A program made the translations under genes and the position numbers. The notes below the pieces were generated by a model. The model saw only the letters and a list, made by a program, of their open reading frames with translations. It was not told the DNA's origin and did not search any database. DNA of 64,000 nt. Source: an uncultured Nitrospiraceae bacterium. GTDB lineage: Bacteria > Nitrospirota > Thermodesulfovibrionia > Thermodesulfovibrionales > Dissulfurispiraceae. Shown here piece after piece: positions 1 through 9,512 of the stretch. How positions within the stretch are numbered: the first letter of the stretch is position 1; each line of letters opens with the position of its first letter. The DNA is taken from assembly GCA_963705105.1 (NCBI GenBank), contig CAVPIW010000006.1, positions 736,001 through 800,000 on the forward strand, in the 5' to 3' direction.

Positions 1-264
1 CCTGTTCGCCTCGGTCGTCCTTCTTTCGCAGCTCCGCATCCTCGCTGAGTTCTGTCTCGCCTGGCAGCTGCATGCGCAACTCCTCTATGAGCATCAGTAT
101 CGCCGCCGCGACCGGGAGTGCAAGGAGCGCCCCCACGATTCCCAGCAGCGTTGCGCCCACGACGAGTGAAGAAAGCACGACAGATGACGGAAGCGCACTA
201 CTTCCGCTCGGTTGGGACCATCTTTCGGCGCCGGCTCGTCGGATTTATGGGGCGGCATCATCAT
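1..264 (-). pseudogene. AI-2E family transporter remnant with internal deletion, running off the window edge
   Basis: The start MMMPPHKSDEPAP...EVVR is joined out of frame to LPSSVVLSSLVVGATLLGIVGALLALPVAAAILMLIEEL, which resembles an AI-2E C-terminus. Confidence 0.45.
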
Positions 265-287
265 TTATTCGATGCGTCTTTCCGTGA

Positions 288-926
288 TTACGCGCCGGAA
301 GACTTAATTGACAAGAGCACTGCAAAGAACTGCAAGACGCTCCCGGCGAGCACAAACACATGCCAGATAGCATGGTGATAAGGCAGTCCTTCCCACAGAT
401 AGAAGATGATACCTGTGGTGTAGGTAACTCCACCTGCCACGAGGAGTACCAGGGCGTTCGCCGGGATAGAGGCTGCCAATGGCTTGATCGCAAAAACCGC
501 TGCCCATCCCATCGTCAGGTAAAGGATGAGTCTCAAGGAGGAGAGACGTCTCAGAGGGGTGAGTTGAAGCACGATACCGAACATTGCAAGACCCCAGACA
601 AAACCGAATAGAGACCAGCCCCAGACCCCTTGCAGACTGACAAGGGTGAAGGGCGTATAGGACCCGGCGATGAGAAGATAGATTGACGAATGATCCAGTA
701 CCCTGAGAACGCTCTTGGCCTGCTGGTTTTGAATGCTGTGATAGAGGGTGGATGAGATATAGAGAAGTATGAGCGTAGCGCCATAGATGCCACAGCTCAC
801 GACATGACGAACACTTCCGAAGACGGCTGCATGCTCAATGAGCATTCCCAGCCCCACGAAGGCCAAGATCACCCCGATCCCATGTATGATGCTGTGGGCG
901 ATTTCTTCTGCCCTACTGTAATTCAT
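288..926 (-). CDS. Hemolysin III / PAQR family membrane protein
   Basis: EEIAHSIIHG, SSTLYHS, LDHSSIYLLIAGSYTP and HAIWHVFV motifs; about 7 TM segments. Confidence 0.9.
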   Translation of the reverse strand: MNYSRAEEIAHSIIHGIGVILAFVGLGMLIEHAAVFGSVRHVVSCGIYGATLILLYISSTLYHSIQNQQAKSVLRVLDHSSIYLLIAGSYTPFTLVSLQGVWGWSLFGFVWGLAMFGIVLQLTPLRRLSSLRLILYLTMGWAAVFAIKPLAASIPANALVLLVAGGVTYTTGIIFYLWEGLPYHHAIWHVFVLAGSVLQFFAVLLSIKSSGA

Positions 927-942
927 GGTATCCTGATCCGCC

Positions 943-1311
943 GTGACAAAATTGTATACGTACCATATCATTCTGCGTGCGCTGTGTCAATTGAGAGAAC
1001 AGTTGTTGCTCAGACTTCTCGATGAGGCTTTGGAAAAAAATCAGGAATACGAAAGCAGAAACGAACTCGTTTCAGGGTTGCCGCACAGGGGGCGGCTTAT
1101 GATTAAAGTCGACTGTGCCGCCCTGCCCCCCCCGGTCCGTGAAGGTCGACGTCAGACTCATTTCGGTGACGAACCGCGATCTTGTCAGGGTGGTCAGGGA
1201 GGGCGGGTGAGCGGTAAGGACGGAGCAGCAGAGATGTCAGGCATCAATCCAAAGACACTTGAGTCGAGGATGCAAAGACTGGGCATCCAAAGAAGCAAGA
1301 AGAATACCTGA
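943..1311 (+). pseudogene. Remnant of a sigma54-dependent (NtrC/FhlA-type) activator
   Basis: IKVDCAALP (AAA+ fragment) lies close to a Fis-type HTH (GRVSGKDGAAEMSGINPKTLESRMQRLGI); most of the AAA+ domain is missing. Confidence 0.7.
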
Positions 1312-1338
1312 TATATCAGGAGACTCCTGATATATCAG
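1307..1338. promoter_or_regulatory. Tandem palindromes, candidate upstream activator sites
   Basis: CCTGATATATCAGG-agact-CCTGATATATCAG about 100 bp upstream of a sigma54 promoter. Confidence 0.6.
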
Positions 1339-1438
1339 AAGTCGACACCTTTCACCGTATCATTCCCCCATCGTTGCACTCGCTGAAGTTTCCAATGATT
1401 CCAAAGTCTTAGAGAACCCTTTCTTTCAACGCAGGCCG

Positions 1439-1453
1439 TGGCACAGCTTATGC
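1439..1453 (+). promoter_or_regulatory. sigma54 -24/-12 promoter
   Basis: TGGCAC-AGCTT-ATGC with GG-N10-GC spacing. Confidence 0.75.
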
Positions 1454-1499
1454 TCCTTAACAATATATAGCTAACGTTCAGAGACAAAGGAGAAGAGTT

Positions 1500-1586
1500 A
1501 TGAGCATGGAAATGATACTTATCATCATCCTTCTGATTTTGGTCTTCGGCGGCGGCGGGTTCTACTGGACGAGACGGGGCCGTTAG
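1500..1586 (+). CDS. 28-aa single-TM small protein (DUF3309-like)
   Basis: MSMEMILIIILLILVFGGGGFYWTRRGR with AAGGAG RBS; below the ORF-track length cutoff. Confidence 0.7.
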   Translation: MSMEMILIIILLILVFGGGGFYWTRRGR

Positions 1587-1659
1587 GCGCCCAGACGAAG
1601 TTAATGCGGCTGACGCGCCAGGGTCGTCAGTCAGATCGAGATCCTAAAGGAGGAATACG

Positions 1660-1839
1660 ATGAAATCCAGCATGAAAGACAAAGTGGAAGGCACGCTTCA
1701 CGAAGCAAAGGGAAAGATCAAGGAAATGGCCGGGGACCTGACCGATAATCCAAAGTTGGAAGCTGAAGGCGCCGCAGAAAAGATAGCCGGCAAAGTTCAG
1801 AAAAAGATGGGCCAGGTCAAGAAGGTGCTGGGGAAGTAG
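1660..1839 (+). CDS. csbD: CsbD family general stress protein
   Basis: MKSSMKDKVEGTLHEAKGKIKEMAGDLTDNPKLEAEG...; AGGAGG RBS; not in the ORF track. Confidence 0.9.
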   Translation: MKSSMKDKVEGTLHEAKGKIKEMAGDLTDNPKLEAEGAAEKIAGKVQKKMGQVKKVLGK

Positions 1840-1982
1840 GAAAGAAGTTTCTCCTGCGCCGGCGCCCCTTGGGGAATGGACAGGTTTTTAGCGGCAGGTT
1901 ATATACGGCGGTCCTGCCGTTTCGCCGATGTACGACCCGTACGCACGTAAGGCATGAGGTCATAGAACAACAGGAGGTTGCT

Positions 1983-2132
1983 ATGCTCTGGACGATCTTT
2001 GTGATACTTTTGGTACTTTGGATGTTGGGGCTGGTGAGCGGTTACACGATCGGCGGATTCATTCATGTCCTGCTGGTCATTGCTGTTATCGTGGTGCTGA
2101 TCAACATTGTTCAGGGACGAAGACCTGTGTAA
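1983..2132 (+). CDS. lmo0937/DUF5670-like small membrane protein
   Basis: MLWTIFVILLVLWMLGLVSGYTIGGFIHVLLVIA...GRR; AGGAGG RBS. Confidence 0.85.
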   Translation: MLWTIFVILLVLWMLGLVSGYTIGGFIHVLLVIAVIVVLINIVQGRRPV

Positions 2133-2198
2133 ATAACTTCGAGGCGTTTCGCACCGCCTTTTCATACAACTGGTTGGAAAGTGGAGAAAGGAGGAGAA

Positions 2199-2762
2199 AT
2201 GAAGAAGGTTATTTTGTTGTCAGTGTTAGTGATTTTCGGATTGGCCTTGTTCTCGGGCTGCGCGTCTGTGCAAACATGGCCGGATTATGAACGGAGTGCA
2301 GAGAACAAGATGGTTGTCATCCAGGAGAAGATTGGGGAGGGGCTGAAAACCGGTGCTCTTTCCCCCGATCAGTCCCAGATGTTTCTGACGACGCTGAAGG
2401 GTATTCGAACGGACTATGCGGAACTGAGAGACAAAGGGGTCTACCGGAACGAGTGGGAAAGCCTTCATGGCAGACTTGATGCGCTTGGGGAAGAGATCAA
2501 CAGGGCGCTGGCCCGGACGACAAGAATTGAAGAACCGAGAAGCGGGGACAGGATTGTCGCACTCCAGAGGAGAATCGATGATGGAAGAATCAGCGGACGT
2601 CTGCCTCAGACGGAGGGCCGGGAAATTCAATCCAGACTTGACTCCATTCGGCGCGATTATTTACGGATGACGGAAGGAGGCAGATACACCACGAACGAGG
2701 AGAGAGCAGACATTTCCCGCAGGCTCGATTCATTGGAAATAGATCTAAATCGGTTCCGGTAG
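2199..2762 (+). CDS. Putative lipoprotein with helical repeats
   Basis: Lipobox FSGC; two similar internal segments ending RLDAL/RLDSL. Confidence 0.75.
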   Translation: MKKVILLSVLVIFGLALFSGCASVQTWPDYERSAENKMVVIQEKIGEGLKTGALSPDQSQMFLTTLKGIRTDYAELRDKGVYRNEWESLHGRLDALGEEINRALARTTRIEEPRSGDRIVALQRRIDDGRISGRLPQTEGREIQSRLDSIRRDYLRMTEGGRYTTNEERADISRRLDSLEIDLNRFR

Positions 2763-2860
2763 AATTTTTATTCGCGAAAACGGCCGGCTATGGTTTTGCC
2801 GCAGATCATGAATAAACCATGCAATCATCTGATTGCATGACGAAAGACAGGAGGAGAGAA

Positions 2861-3175
2861 ATGAAGAAGGTTATTTTGTTGTCAGTGTTAGCGGTTTTCG
2901 GATTGGCCTTGTTTTCGGGCTGCGCCTCTATGACGGGCAGAACGACAGGCGAGTATATCGATGACTCAAACATTACCTCGGAAGCGAATGCGATAATCGT
3001 CAAGGACCCGGACGCCCAGTATATGAAGATCGATGTCTCCTCTACGACCGGAAATGTCGTTCTCGCCGGTTTCATACATGACAAGAAGGCTGAGGAGCGT
3101 ATCGTAGCACAGATCAGGCAGATCAAGGGCGTGAAATCCGTGAAGAGCAACTTGAAGGTGGAAGCAAAGAAGTAG
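2861..3175 (+). CDS. BON domain (OsmY-like) lipoprotein
   Basis: Lipobox FSGC; TGEYIDDSNIT...GNVVLAG...GVKSVKSNL. Confidence 0.9.
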   Translation: MKKVILLSVLAVFGLALFSGCASMTGRTTGEYIDDSNITSEANAIIVKDPDAQYMKIDVSSTTGNVVLAGFIHDKKAEERIVAQIRQIKGVKSVKSNLKVEAKK

Positions 3176-3275
3176 GCGGACAAGGGGGGGGCATTCCGTG
3201 AAAGCACTCCTCATGCATCCTGAATCCGCGGGGTGCCCCTTCTATTGCAGTGAGACAACGGAAAGAGGGAGCAAA

Positions 3276-3497
3276 ATGAAAACATACACGTTGATAGGCA
3301 TCATCCTTATCGTGATCGGAATCGTCACGTTCGTGTATCAGGGCATCACCTACACGACCAGGGAGAAGGTCGTCGATATCGGTCCCATCCGGATGACTGC
3401 CGAGAAGACGAAAACGGTTCCGCTGTCGCCGGTCCTGGGTGGCATTGCGCTCGTGGGCGGCATTGTCTTGCTGGTCATCGGAAACAAAAAGGGCTGA
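3276..3497 (+). CDS. DUF3185-like 2-TM protein
   Basis: LIGIILIVIG...YTTREKVVDIGP...PVLGGIALVGG. Confidence 0.75.
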   Translation: MKTYTLIGIILIVIGIVTFVYQGITYTTREKVVDIGPIRMTAEKTKTVPLSPVLGGIALVGGIVLLVIGNKKG

Positions 3498-3534
3498 TGA
3501 GAGGAAACGTTTCAACTGCAAGGAGGTCGCTGTA

Positions 3535-3822
3535 ATGGACAAACGAAAGGCATACGAAGAAAAGCTTGATGCACAGCTGAAGGAATGGAACGCGCAGATC
3601 GATCTGCTCAAGGCCAGGGCGGACAAGGCCAGGGCCGAGGCGAAAATCGAATACTACAAAACCATCGAAGCCCTGCAGAGCAAGCAGAATGAGGCCGTGA
3701 CAAAGCTGCAGGAACTGAAGACCGCCGGCGATGAGGCATGGGAAGACCTCGTAACAGGGGCGGACAAGGCCTGGGATGAAGTCAAGGCAGCCTTCCACAA
3801 TGCGGCCTCAAAGTTCAAATAA
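3535..3822 (+). CDS. Coiled-coil stress-associated protein
   Basis: AYEEKLDAQLKEWNAQID...AGDEAWEDL; AGGAGG RBS. Confidence 0.8.
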   Translation: MDKRKAYEEKLDAQLKEWNAQIDLLKARADKARAEAKIEYYKTIEALQSKQNEAVTKLQELKTAGDEAWEDLVTGADKAWDEVKAAFHNAASKFK

Positions 3823-3947
3823 GCAAAACCGATTTTGCGGTTTTCAAACAAGACTGCAGGATGTCTCAGGGAGGGAAGGTGAGAACACGTCGTTCTCGCT
3901 TCGGAACAGGGTGAACCGGTCAGCCTCCGACGTGAAGATATTCGTCT

Positions 3948-5012
3948 ATGACTGTTAAGGGTGATTCCGGCCGGGGAATCCGCCTCCTTGTCATCGCGGC
4001 GGCGCTCGTGATCATCGTCTGGGGCATCAATCAGTCACAGTCGGTTCTGGCGTTGCTCCTCATCTCCCTTTTTCTCGCTGTCATCGGAACGCCGCAGGTA
4101 CGCTGGCTCGAACGGAATCGTATTCCTTCCGCTGTCGCAGTGTTGATCGTCATCGCAGGAATGATCGCTATTCTGCTGATGGTCGGCGTGCTGGCGGGCA
4201 CTTCCATGAGGCAGCTTTCCGATGCCTTGCCTCTCTATCAGACCCGGTTGCAGCAGGAAGTCCTGGCGCTCAAGCCGCTGTTGGCGAGCATCGGGATCGC
4301 AGTCGATGAGAAGGTTCTCCTTGAGCATGCCGATGCGGAGGCGGTGAGCAGCCGGGTTGTCGGTTTGTTCGCAGGGTTGGGTTCGGTGTTGTCCAACACC
4401 GTGCTGATTCTGCTCACGGTTTCCTTCATTCTGCTCGAGGCTTCGACCTTTCCCATCAAGCTCCGCGCCGCTCTCGGTGATCCCCGGGCGGCCTTTCCCC
4501 GGTTCGCCAGGTTCGTCAACGATATCAAACGCTATATGCTGATTCAGACGGCGATCAGTCTGACAGCAGGAGTACTCATAGGAATATGGCTGTCTATCCT
4601 TGGCGTGGATCTTGCCATTTTCTTCGGCCTGCTGACCTTCCTGCTCAACTATGTACCCAATGTGGGTTCCGTTATTGCCCTCATTCCCATGATCATCCTG
4701 ACGTTCATTCAATTCGGGATGGCACGCACCGCGCTTGCCGCCGCGGGTTATGTCGTCGTCGTCTTCTTTCTCGGAAACGTGGTTCAGCCGCGGCTTATGG
4801 GGCAGAAGCTCGGACTCTCTACGTTGGTTGTTTTTCTATCCTTGATTTTCTGGGGAAGCATGCTCGGCCTGATCGGCATGGTTCTGTGTGTGCCTATTAC
4901 TATGGCCCTGAAGTTTGCACTCGAGAGCAGTGAAGAGACACGATGGATTGCAGCTTTGCTCGGGCGGGAGCCTTCCGCTGAAAGCGCGCCTCGGGTATCG
5001 GAAAAGGGATAA
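3948..5012 (+). CDS. AI-2E family transporter
   Basis: Multi-TM; LNYVPNVGS, GNVVQPRLMG and SLIFWG motifs. Confidence 0.9.
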   Translation: MTVKGDSGRGIRLLVIAAALVIIVWGINQSQSVLALLLISLFLAVIGTPQVRWLERNRIPSAVAVLIVIAGMIAILLMVGVLAGTSMRQLSDALPLYQTRLQQEVLALKPLLASIGIAVDEKVLLEHADAEAVSSRVVGLFAGLGSVLSNTVLILLTVSFILLEASTFPIKLRAALGDPRAAFPRFARFVNDIKRYMLIQTAISLTAGVLIGIWLSILGVDLAIFFGLLTFLLNYVPNVGSVIALIPMIILTFIQFGMARTALAAAGYVVVVFFLGNVVQPRLMGQKLGLSTLVVFLSLIFWGSMLGLIGMVLCVPITMALKFALESSEETRWIAALLGREPSAESAPRVSEKG

Positions 5013-5180
5013 TTCCGGGAGATCCGGGCTTGCCGCTTATTTTCCCCCTGCGATCCTCTGTTGATTCGCTGCTGAGGAAAGGGTGGAGTGAAGCTCCCCG
5101 TCCCAGAGGACGGACATGCTGAACACGGTTCGACAGATACGTGTCAGTGATTATTGACAGAGGAATGAGGTGAGCAGCAT

Positions 5181-6665
5181 ATGCAGACCGATGATAGGCA
5201 ACACCGCTCCATCTTACGGGCAATTGCGCACAGGGCGATGCTTCAGAGGGGATTACTCCCTGACTTTTCAAGTGAAGCACTCGCTGAACTCGGGAGGATT
5301 CAGTCGCCTGCATCGACAAACGGTGAGCAGTTTCGTGATCTTAGGGGCCTTCTGTGGGCGTCTATCGATAACGATGATTCCCGCGACCTGGACCAGCTTA
5401 CCGTTGCGGAGGCAATGCCGGGAGACAAGGTAAAGATACTTGTTGCAGTGGCTGATGTGGACGCTCTTGTTAAGAAAGGATCGGCAATTGATGAGCACGC
5501 CCGCCATAATACCACCTCCGTTTATACCGCCGGCAGTATATTTCCGATGCTTCCCGAAAAGCTTTCCACGGACCTCACATCCCTGAATTTCGATGAGGAC
5601 CGACTGGCAATTGTCGTTGAAATGGTGATCGGCGCGAACGGGTCTTTAGAGGACTCCGCTATCTACAGGGCTCGTGTCCGCAATCATGCGAAGCTCGATT
5701 ACAACAGCGTCGCCTCATGGCTTGAAGGGCCCGGAATTCTGCCCGAGGCTGTTGCGGCGGTCAAAGGACTTGATGAGAATCTTCGCTTGCAGGACAGGGC
5801 AGCGCAAAGCATGAAGAACCTCCGGCATGTGAACGGTGCCCTAAGCTTTGAAACGGTTCAGGCGAGGCCGGTATTTGACGGTGATGAAATCCGTGATCTC
5901 GAAGTCGAAAGAAAGAACCGGGCAAAAGAGATTATCGAGGATTTCATGATAGGGGCGAACGGCGTGACTGCCCGGTATCTCTCCTCAAGAAATTTCCCGT
6001 CCATCCGTCGTGTCGTCCGCACTCCGAAAAGGTGGGAACGGATTGTCGAGCTTGCTGATGAACATGGATTCAAGCTCCCTAATACGCCGGAATCAAGAGC
6101 CCTGGAGGAGTTCCTGACCAAGGCGAAAAGAGCTGATCCGGCCGGATTCCCCGATCTCTCCCTCGCCGTTATCAAACTTATGGGGGCCGGTGAATATGTT
6201 GCAGAACTTCCGGGAGATACCGACCCGGACCACTTTGGTCTTGCGGTCAGGGACTATACCCATTCCACGGCCCCTAATCGCCGGTACCCCGATCTTGTCA
6301 CACAACGCCTGTTGAAGGCGGCGATAGGAGGAAGTCCTTTGCCGTATAGCAATGATGGGCTTGAGGCCCTGGCGAAACACTGCACGGAAGAAGAAGACGC
6401 CGCTAACAAAGTGGAACGGCAGGTCGGCAAATCCGCTGCGGCAATCCTGCTGGAACACAGAATCGGGGAGCAGTTCGATGCCATCGTTACCGGAGCAGCG
6501 GAAAAAGGCACCTGGGCCCGGCTTCTCACGATCCCTGTCGAAGGGAGAGTGGTCCATGGTTTCGAGGGCCTTGATGTCGGCAAAAGGATTCGCGTGCAGC
6601 TGGTATCTGTAGACGTGGAGCAGGGATTCATCGATTTCAGTAAGGTCGGACCGGCAAGACATTGA
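5181..6665 (+). CDS. RNB domain exoribonuclease (RNase II/R family)
   Basis: SIDNDDSRDLDQ; YTHSTAPNRRYPDL; C-terminal S1-like domain. Confidence 0.92.
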   Translation: MQTDDRQHRSILRAIAHRAMLQRGLLPDFSSEALAELGRIQSPASTNGEQFRDLRGLLWASIDNDDSRDLDQLTVAEAMPGDKVKILVAVADVDALVKKGSAIDEHARHNTTSVYTAGSIFPMLPEKLSTDLTSLNFDEDRLAIVVEMVIGANGSLEDSAIYRARVRNHAKLDYNSVASWLEGPGILPEAVAAVKGLDENLRLQDRAAQSMKNLRHVNGALSFETVQARPVFDGDEIRDLEVERKNRAKEIIEDFMIGANGVTARYLSSRNFPSIRRVVRTPKRWERIVELADEHGFKLPNTPESRALEEFLTKAKRADPAGFPDLSLAVIKLMGAGEYVAELPGDTDPDHFGLAVRDYTHSTAPNRRYPDLVTQRLLKAAIGGSPLPYSNDGLEALAKHCTEEEDAANKVERQVGKSAAAILLEHRIGEQFDAIVTGAAEKGTWARLLTIPVEGRVVHGFEGLDVGKRIRVQLVSVDVEQGFIDFSKVGPARH

Positions 6666-6721
6666 TGAAAGGGAAACAGTTGCAGAGTGCTCACTCTAAA
6701 AATTAAAAGCAGGTATGAAGC

Positions 6722-8602
6722 ATGGCTGAAGATAAGAAAGACAAGATAGGCGGTATCCCTGGTATCTACTGGAGGTACATTGCAGCTCTCTTTATCGCGT
6801 CAGTGGTCATATTCGTATGGAACAGCAGTTTCAACGTTGGCGCTACTCCACATTACACAATAAATTATAGTCAGTTCATGGAGCAATTAAGCGCAGGCAA
6901 TATAAAGTCCGTTTCAATAAAGAAGCTGCTTGTAAGCGGGGAATTAGTGAAAGAGATGAGCGTGCAGTTCCAGGGAGAAAAGAAACCCTCACAGGTGAGA
7001 TACTTTCAAACCGTCCTGCCTGTTTTTCAGGATGAAGGACTCCTGCCCCAACTGAGAGAAAAGAAAGTGGCCATCACCATCGAGTCGGCTGAAGAGGGAT
7101 ATCTTTGGCAGATTCTGATCGGGGTCCTGCCATGGGTGCTGATCATCGGTTTCTGGGTCCTGATGACGAAGAGGAATCAGCAGTTACAGGGTGGCCCGGG
7201 AGGGCTCTTTACGTTCGGAGCAAGCAAGGCGAAGCTGTATGATACGAAGAAACCGAGTGTGACCTTTAAAGACGTTGCGGGGATGGACAATGTAAAGATG
7301 GAACTGAGGGAAACAATAGAGTTCCTGAAAGACCCCTCCAGATTCGCAAAGATCGGCGCCAAAGTTCCCAAGGGGGTGCTTCTGGTCGGACCTCCGGGAA
7401 CAGGCAAGACCCTCCTTGCGCGTGCAACAGCGGGGGAGGCTGCGGTCCCTTTCTACAGTATCAGCGCTTCCGAATTCATCGAAATGTTTGTGGGAGTCGG
7501 CGCCTCGCGCGTCAGGGATATGTTCAAAAAGGCGAAGGCTTCTCAGCCGAGCATTATTTTTATAGACGAGATCGATGCAGTAGGCCGTGCGCGCGGCACA
7601 GGGCTTGGAGGCGGACATGATGAAAGGGAACAGACCCTGAACCAGCTCTTAAGTGAAATGGACGGCTTTGATCCCCATGAAGAAGTGATCGTCCTGGCTG
7701 CTACCAACAGGCCGGACGTGCTCGATCCCGCCCTCTTGAGGCCGGGAAGATTTGACAGGCATGTTGTTATCGACAGGCCGGGCTGGAAAGAACGGAAGGC
7801 AATCCTTGAAATCCATGCGAGGGGCAAGGTGCTGGCGGACAATGTCAATTTCGAGACTCTGGCGAGGGGGACCCCTGGCATGACCGGCGCCGACCTTGAG
7901 AATTTTACCAACGAAGCCGCACTGGTTGCCTTGAGAAAGAATAAAGACGACATAGATATGCATGACTTCGAGGAGGCCAAGGACAGTATCCTACTGGGAG
8001 CAATAAGAGAAGAGACCATAACCGATATGGAAAAGCGGATTACGGCGTACCATGAGGCTGGACATACCCTTGCAGCATGGGAACTGCCCGGAGCCGATCC
8101 GATATACAAGGTCAGCATTATCCCGCGTGGCATGGCGATGGGTGTGACCCAGCTCCTTCCCGAGGAAGACCGGCATTATTATCCGCGCACCTATCTGATG
8201 AACAGATTGAGTATAGCCCTTGCCGGGAGGGTTGCAGAAAAGATCGTTTTTAATGACAGCAGCAGCGGCGCGCAAAACGACCTGAAAGAAGCAACTGCAT
8301 TGGCCGAGAAAATGGTGGCACAATGGGGAATGAGCGACAGGGTCGGCCCGATCAATCTCGGACGCGGGGAAGAACATCCGTTCCTGGGCAGGGAGCTGTC
8401 TCTCCCGAAGCGCTACAGCGAGGAGATGGCCTGGCTCATGGACCAGGAGATCCGGCAAATGATCATCGATGCGGAATCAAGGGCGACTGAAATATTATCC
8501 GGGAAGCGACATGCCCTTGATGCCCTTGCAGAAGCCCTGATCAGAGAGGAGATGCTTGAACGAACCGATGTGGAGCGCATAATACAGGGTTCGAAAGTAT
8601 AG
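6722..8602 (+). CDS. ftsH: ATP-dependent zinc metalloprotease FtsH
   Basis: 2 TM; GPPGTGKT, FIDEID, DPALLRPGRFD, HEAGH. Confidence 0.97.
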   Translation: MAEDKKDKIGGIPGIYWRYIAALFIASVVIFVWNSSFNVGATPHYTINYSQFMEQLSAGNIKSVSIKKLLVSGELVKEMSVQFQGEKKPSQVRYFQTVLPVFQDEGLLPQLREKKVAITIESAEEGYLWQILIGVLPWVLIIGFWVLMTKRNQQLQGGPGGLFTFGASKAKLYDTKKPSVTFKDVAGMDNVKMELRETIEFLKDPSRFAKIGAKVPKGVLLVGPPGTGKTLLARATAGEAAVPFYSISASEFIEMFVGVGASRVRDMFKKAKASQPSIIFIDEIDAVGRARGTGLGGGHDEREQTLNQLLSEMDGFDPHEEVIVLAATNRPDVLDPALLRPGRFDRHVVIDRPGWKERKAILEIHARGKVLADNVNFETLARGTPGMTGADLENFTNEAALVALRKNKDDIDMHDFEEAKDSILLGAIREETITDMEKRITAYHEAGHTLAAWELPGADPIYKVSIIPRGMAMGVTQLLPEEDRHYYPRTYLMNRLSIALAGRVAEKIVFNDSSSGAQNDLKEATALAEKMVAQWGMSDRVGPINLGRGEEHPFLGRELSLPKRYSEEMAWLMDQEIRQMIIDAESRATEILSGKRHALDALAEALIREEMLERTDVERIIQGSKV

Positions 8603-8719
8603 ACAATTCATCACATATCGGCAGACGGTGACAATGTGAACAACTTATACGACAGATCACCGACGCAAAAGATGAGAAACAGTAACGCGGTTTCCAAGAG
8701 CTCTTATGAAGGTAGTATA

Positions 8720-8993
8720 CCTTTCAGTTGTATGAAAGACGGGGCGAAGCACTCTGAAAACAGTGTCAGTGTCAGTGTGAGTGTCAGCAAAAAGTTCACC
8801 TTCTTCAGCCGTCGGCCTGAAATAGCTTCATCGATGTCGGGCCGTTCGGGGAACGGCCCCTACAGGACTCCACTCTTTTTGTGATCGATCATTGGCTTGA
8901 AAGGTTGTCTTCAGTGAAGGTTAAGGTGTCGCCGCAGCAAGGTTTTCGGAGCATACACCCCGCCTTTCCCGGGAGTGTATTGCAACGATAAGG
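8720..8993. mobile_element. MITE-like element (CCTT...AAGG family), TSD TATA
   Basis: Ends CCTTTCAGTTGTA and TGCAACGATAAGG; TATA at 8716-8719 and 8994-8997. Confidence 0.8.
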
Positions 8994-9044
8994 TATACTG
9001 AAATAGCTGAGTGGATCTGATGTCTGAAGCTAAAGGAGATCTCT

Positions 9045-9449
9045 ATGAAAGCGACAGTGGGATTGTGGATTGACCATAGGAAGGCTATTATCGTGGCTGT
9101 TACGGACAAAGGGGAAGAGACGGCGCTGATAATATCGAAGGTTGAAAAACAGCTTCGCCGCTCCGGTGACTCGCCTCTGAAGGGGTCCTATGAATCATCA
9201 CAGGTACCGGCAAGTGATAGACGCCAGAAAGCGTTTACGGGACATCTCAACATTTACTACGATGCGGTCATTGCGAGCATTCGTGATGCAGCATCTATAC
9301 TGATATTCGGTCCTGGTGACGCAAAGGGAGAACTCAAGAAACGTCTCAAAAGAAACAATCTCGGCGAACGAATCGTAGGCATTGAAACAGTCGACAAGAT
9401 GACGGATCGTCAGATTGCGCAGAAAGTTCGGAAGTATTTTCAGAAATAG
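9045..9449 (+). CDS. Hypothetical protein, eRF1-domain-like
   Basis: VGLWIDHRKAII...ILIFGPGDAKGEL...DKMTDRQI. Confidence 0.7.
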   Translation: MKATVGLWIDHRKAIIVAVTDKGEETALIISKVEKQLRRSGDSPLKGSYESSQVPASDRRQKAFTGHLNIYYDAVIASIRDAASILIFGPGDAKGELKKRLKRNNLGERIVGIETVDKMTDRQIAQKVRKYFQK

Positions 9450-9512
9450 CGGGCCGGCGCAGTGATCCCGGCCGACGCTTGTGTGAAAAACTGAAATGAG
9501 AAGGGACATGAC

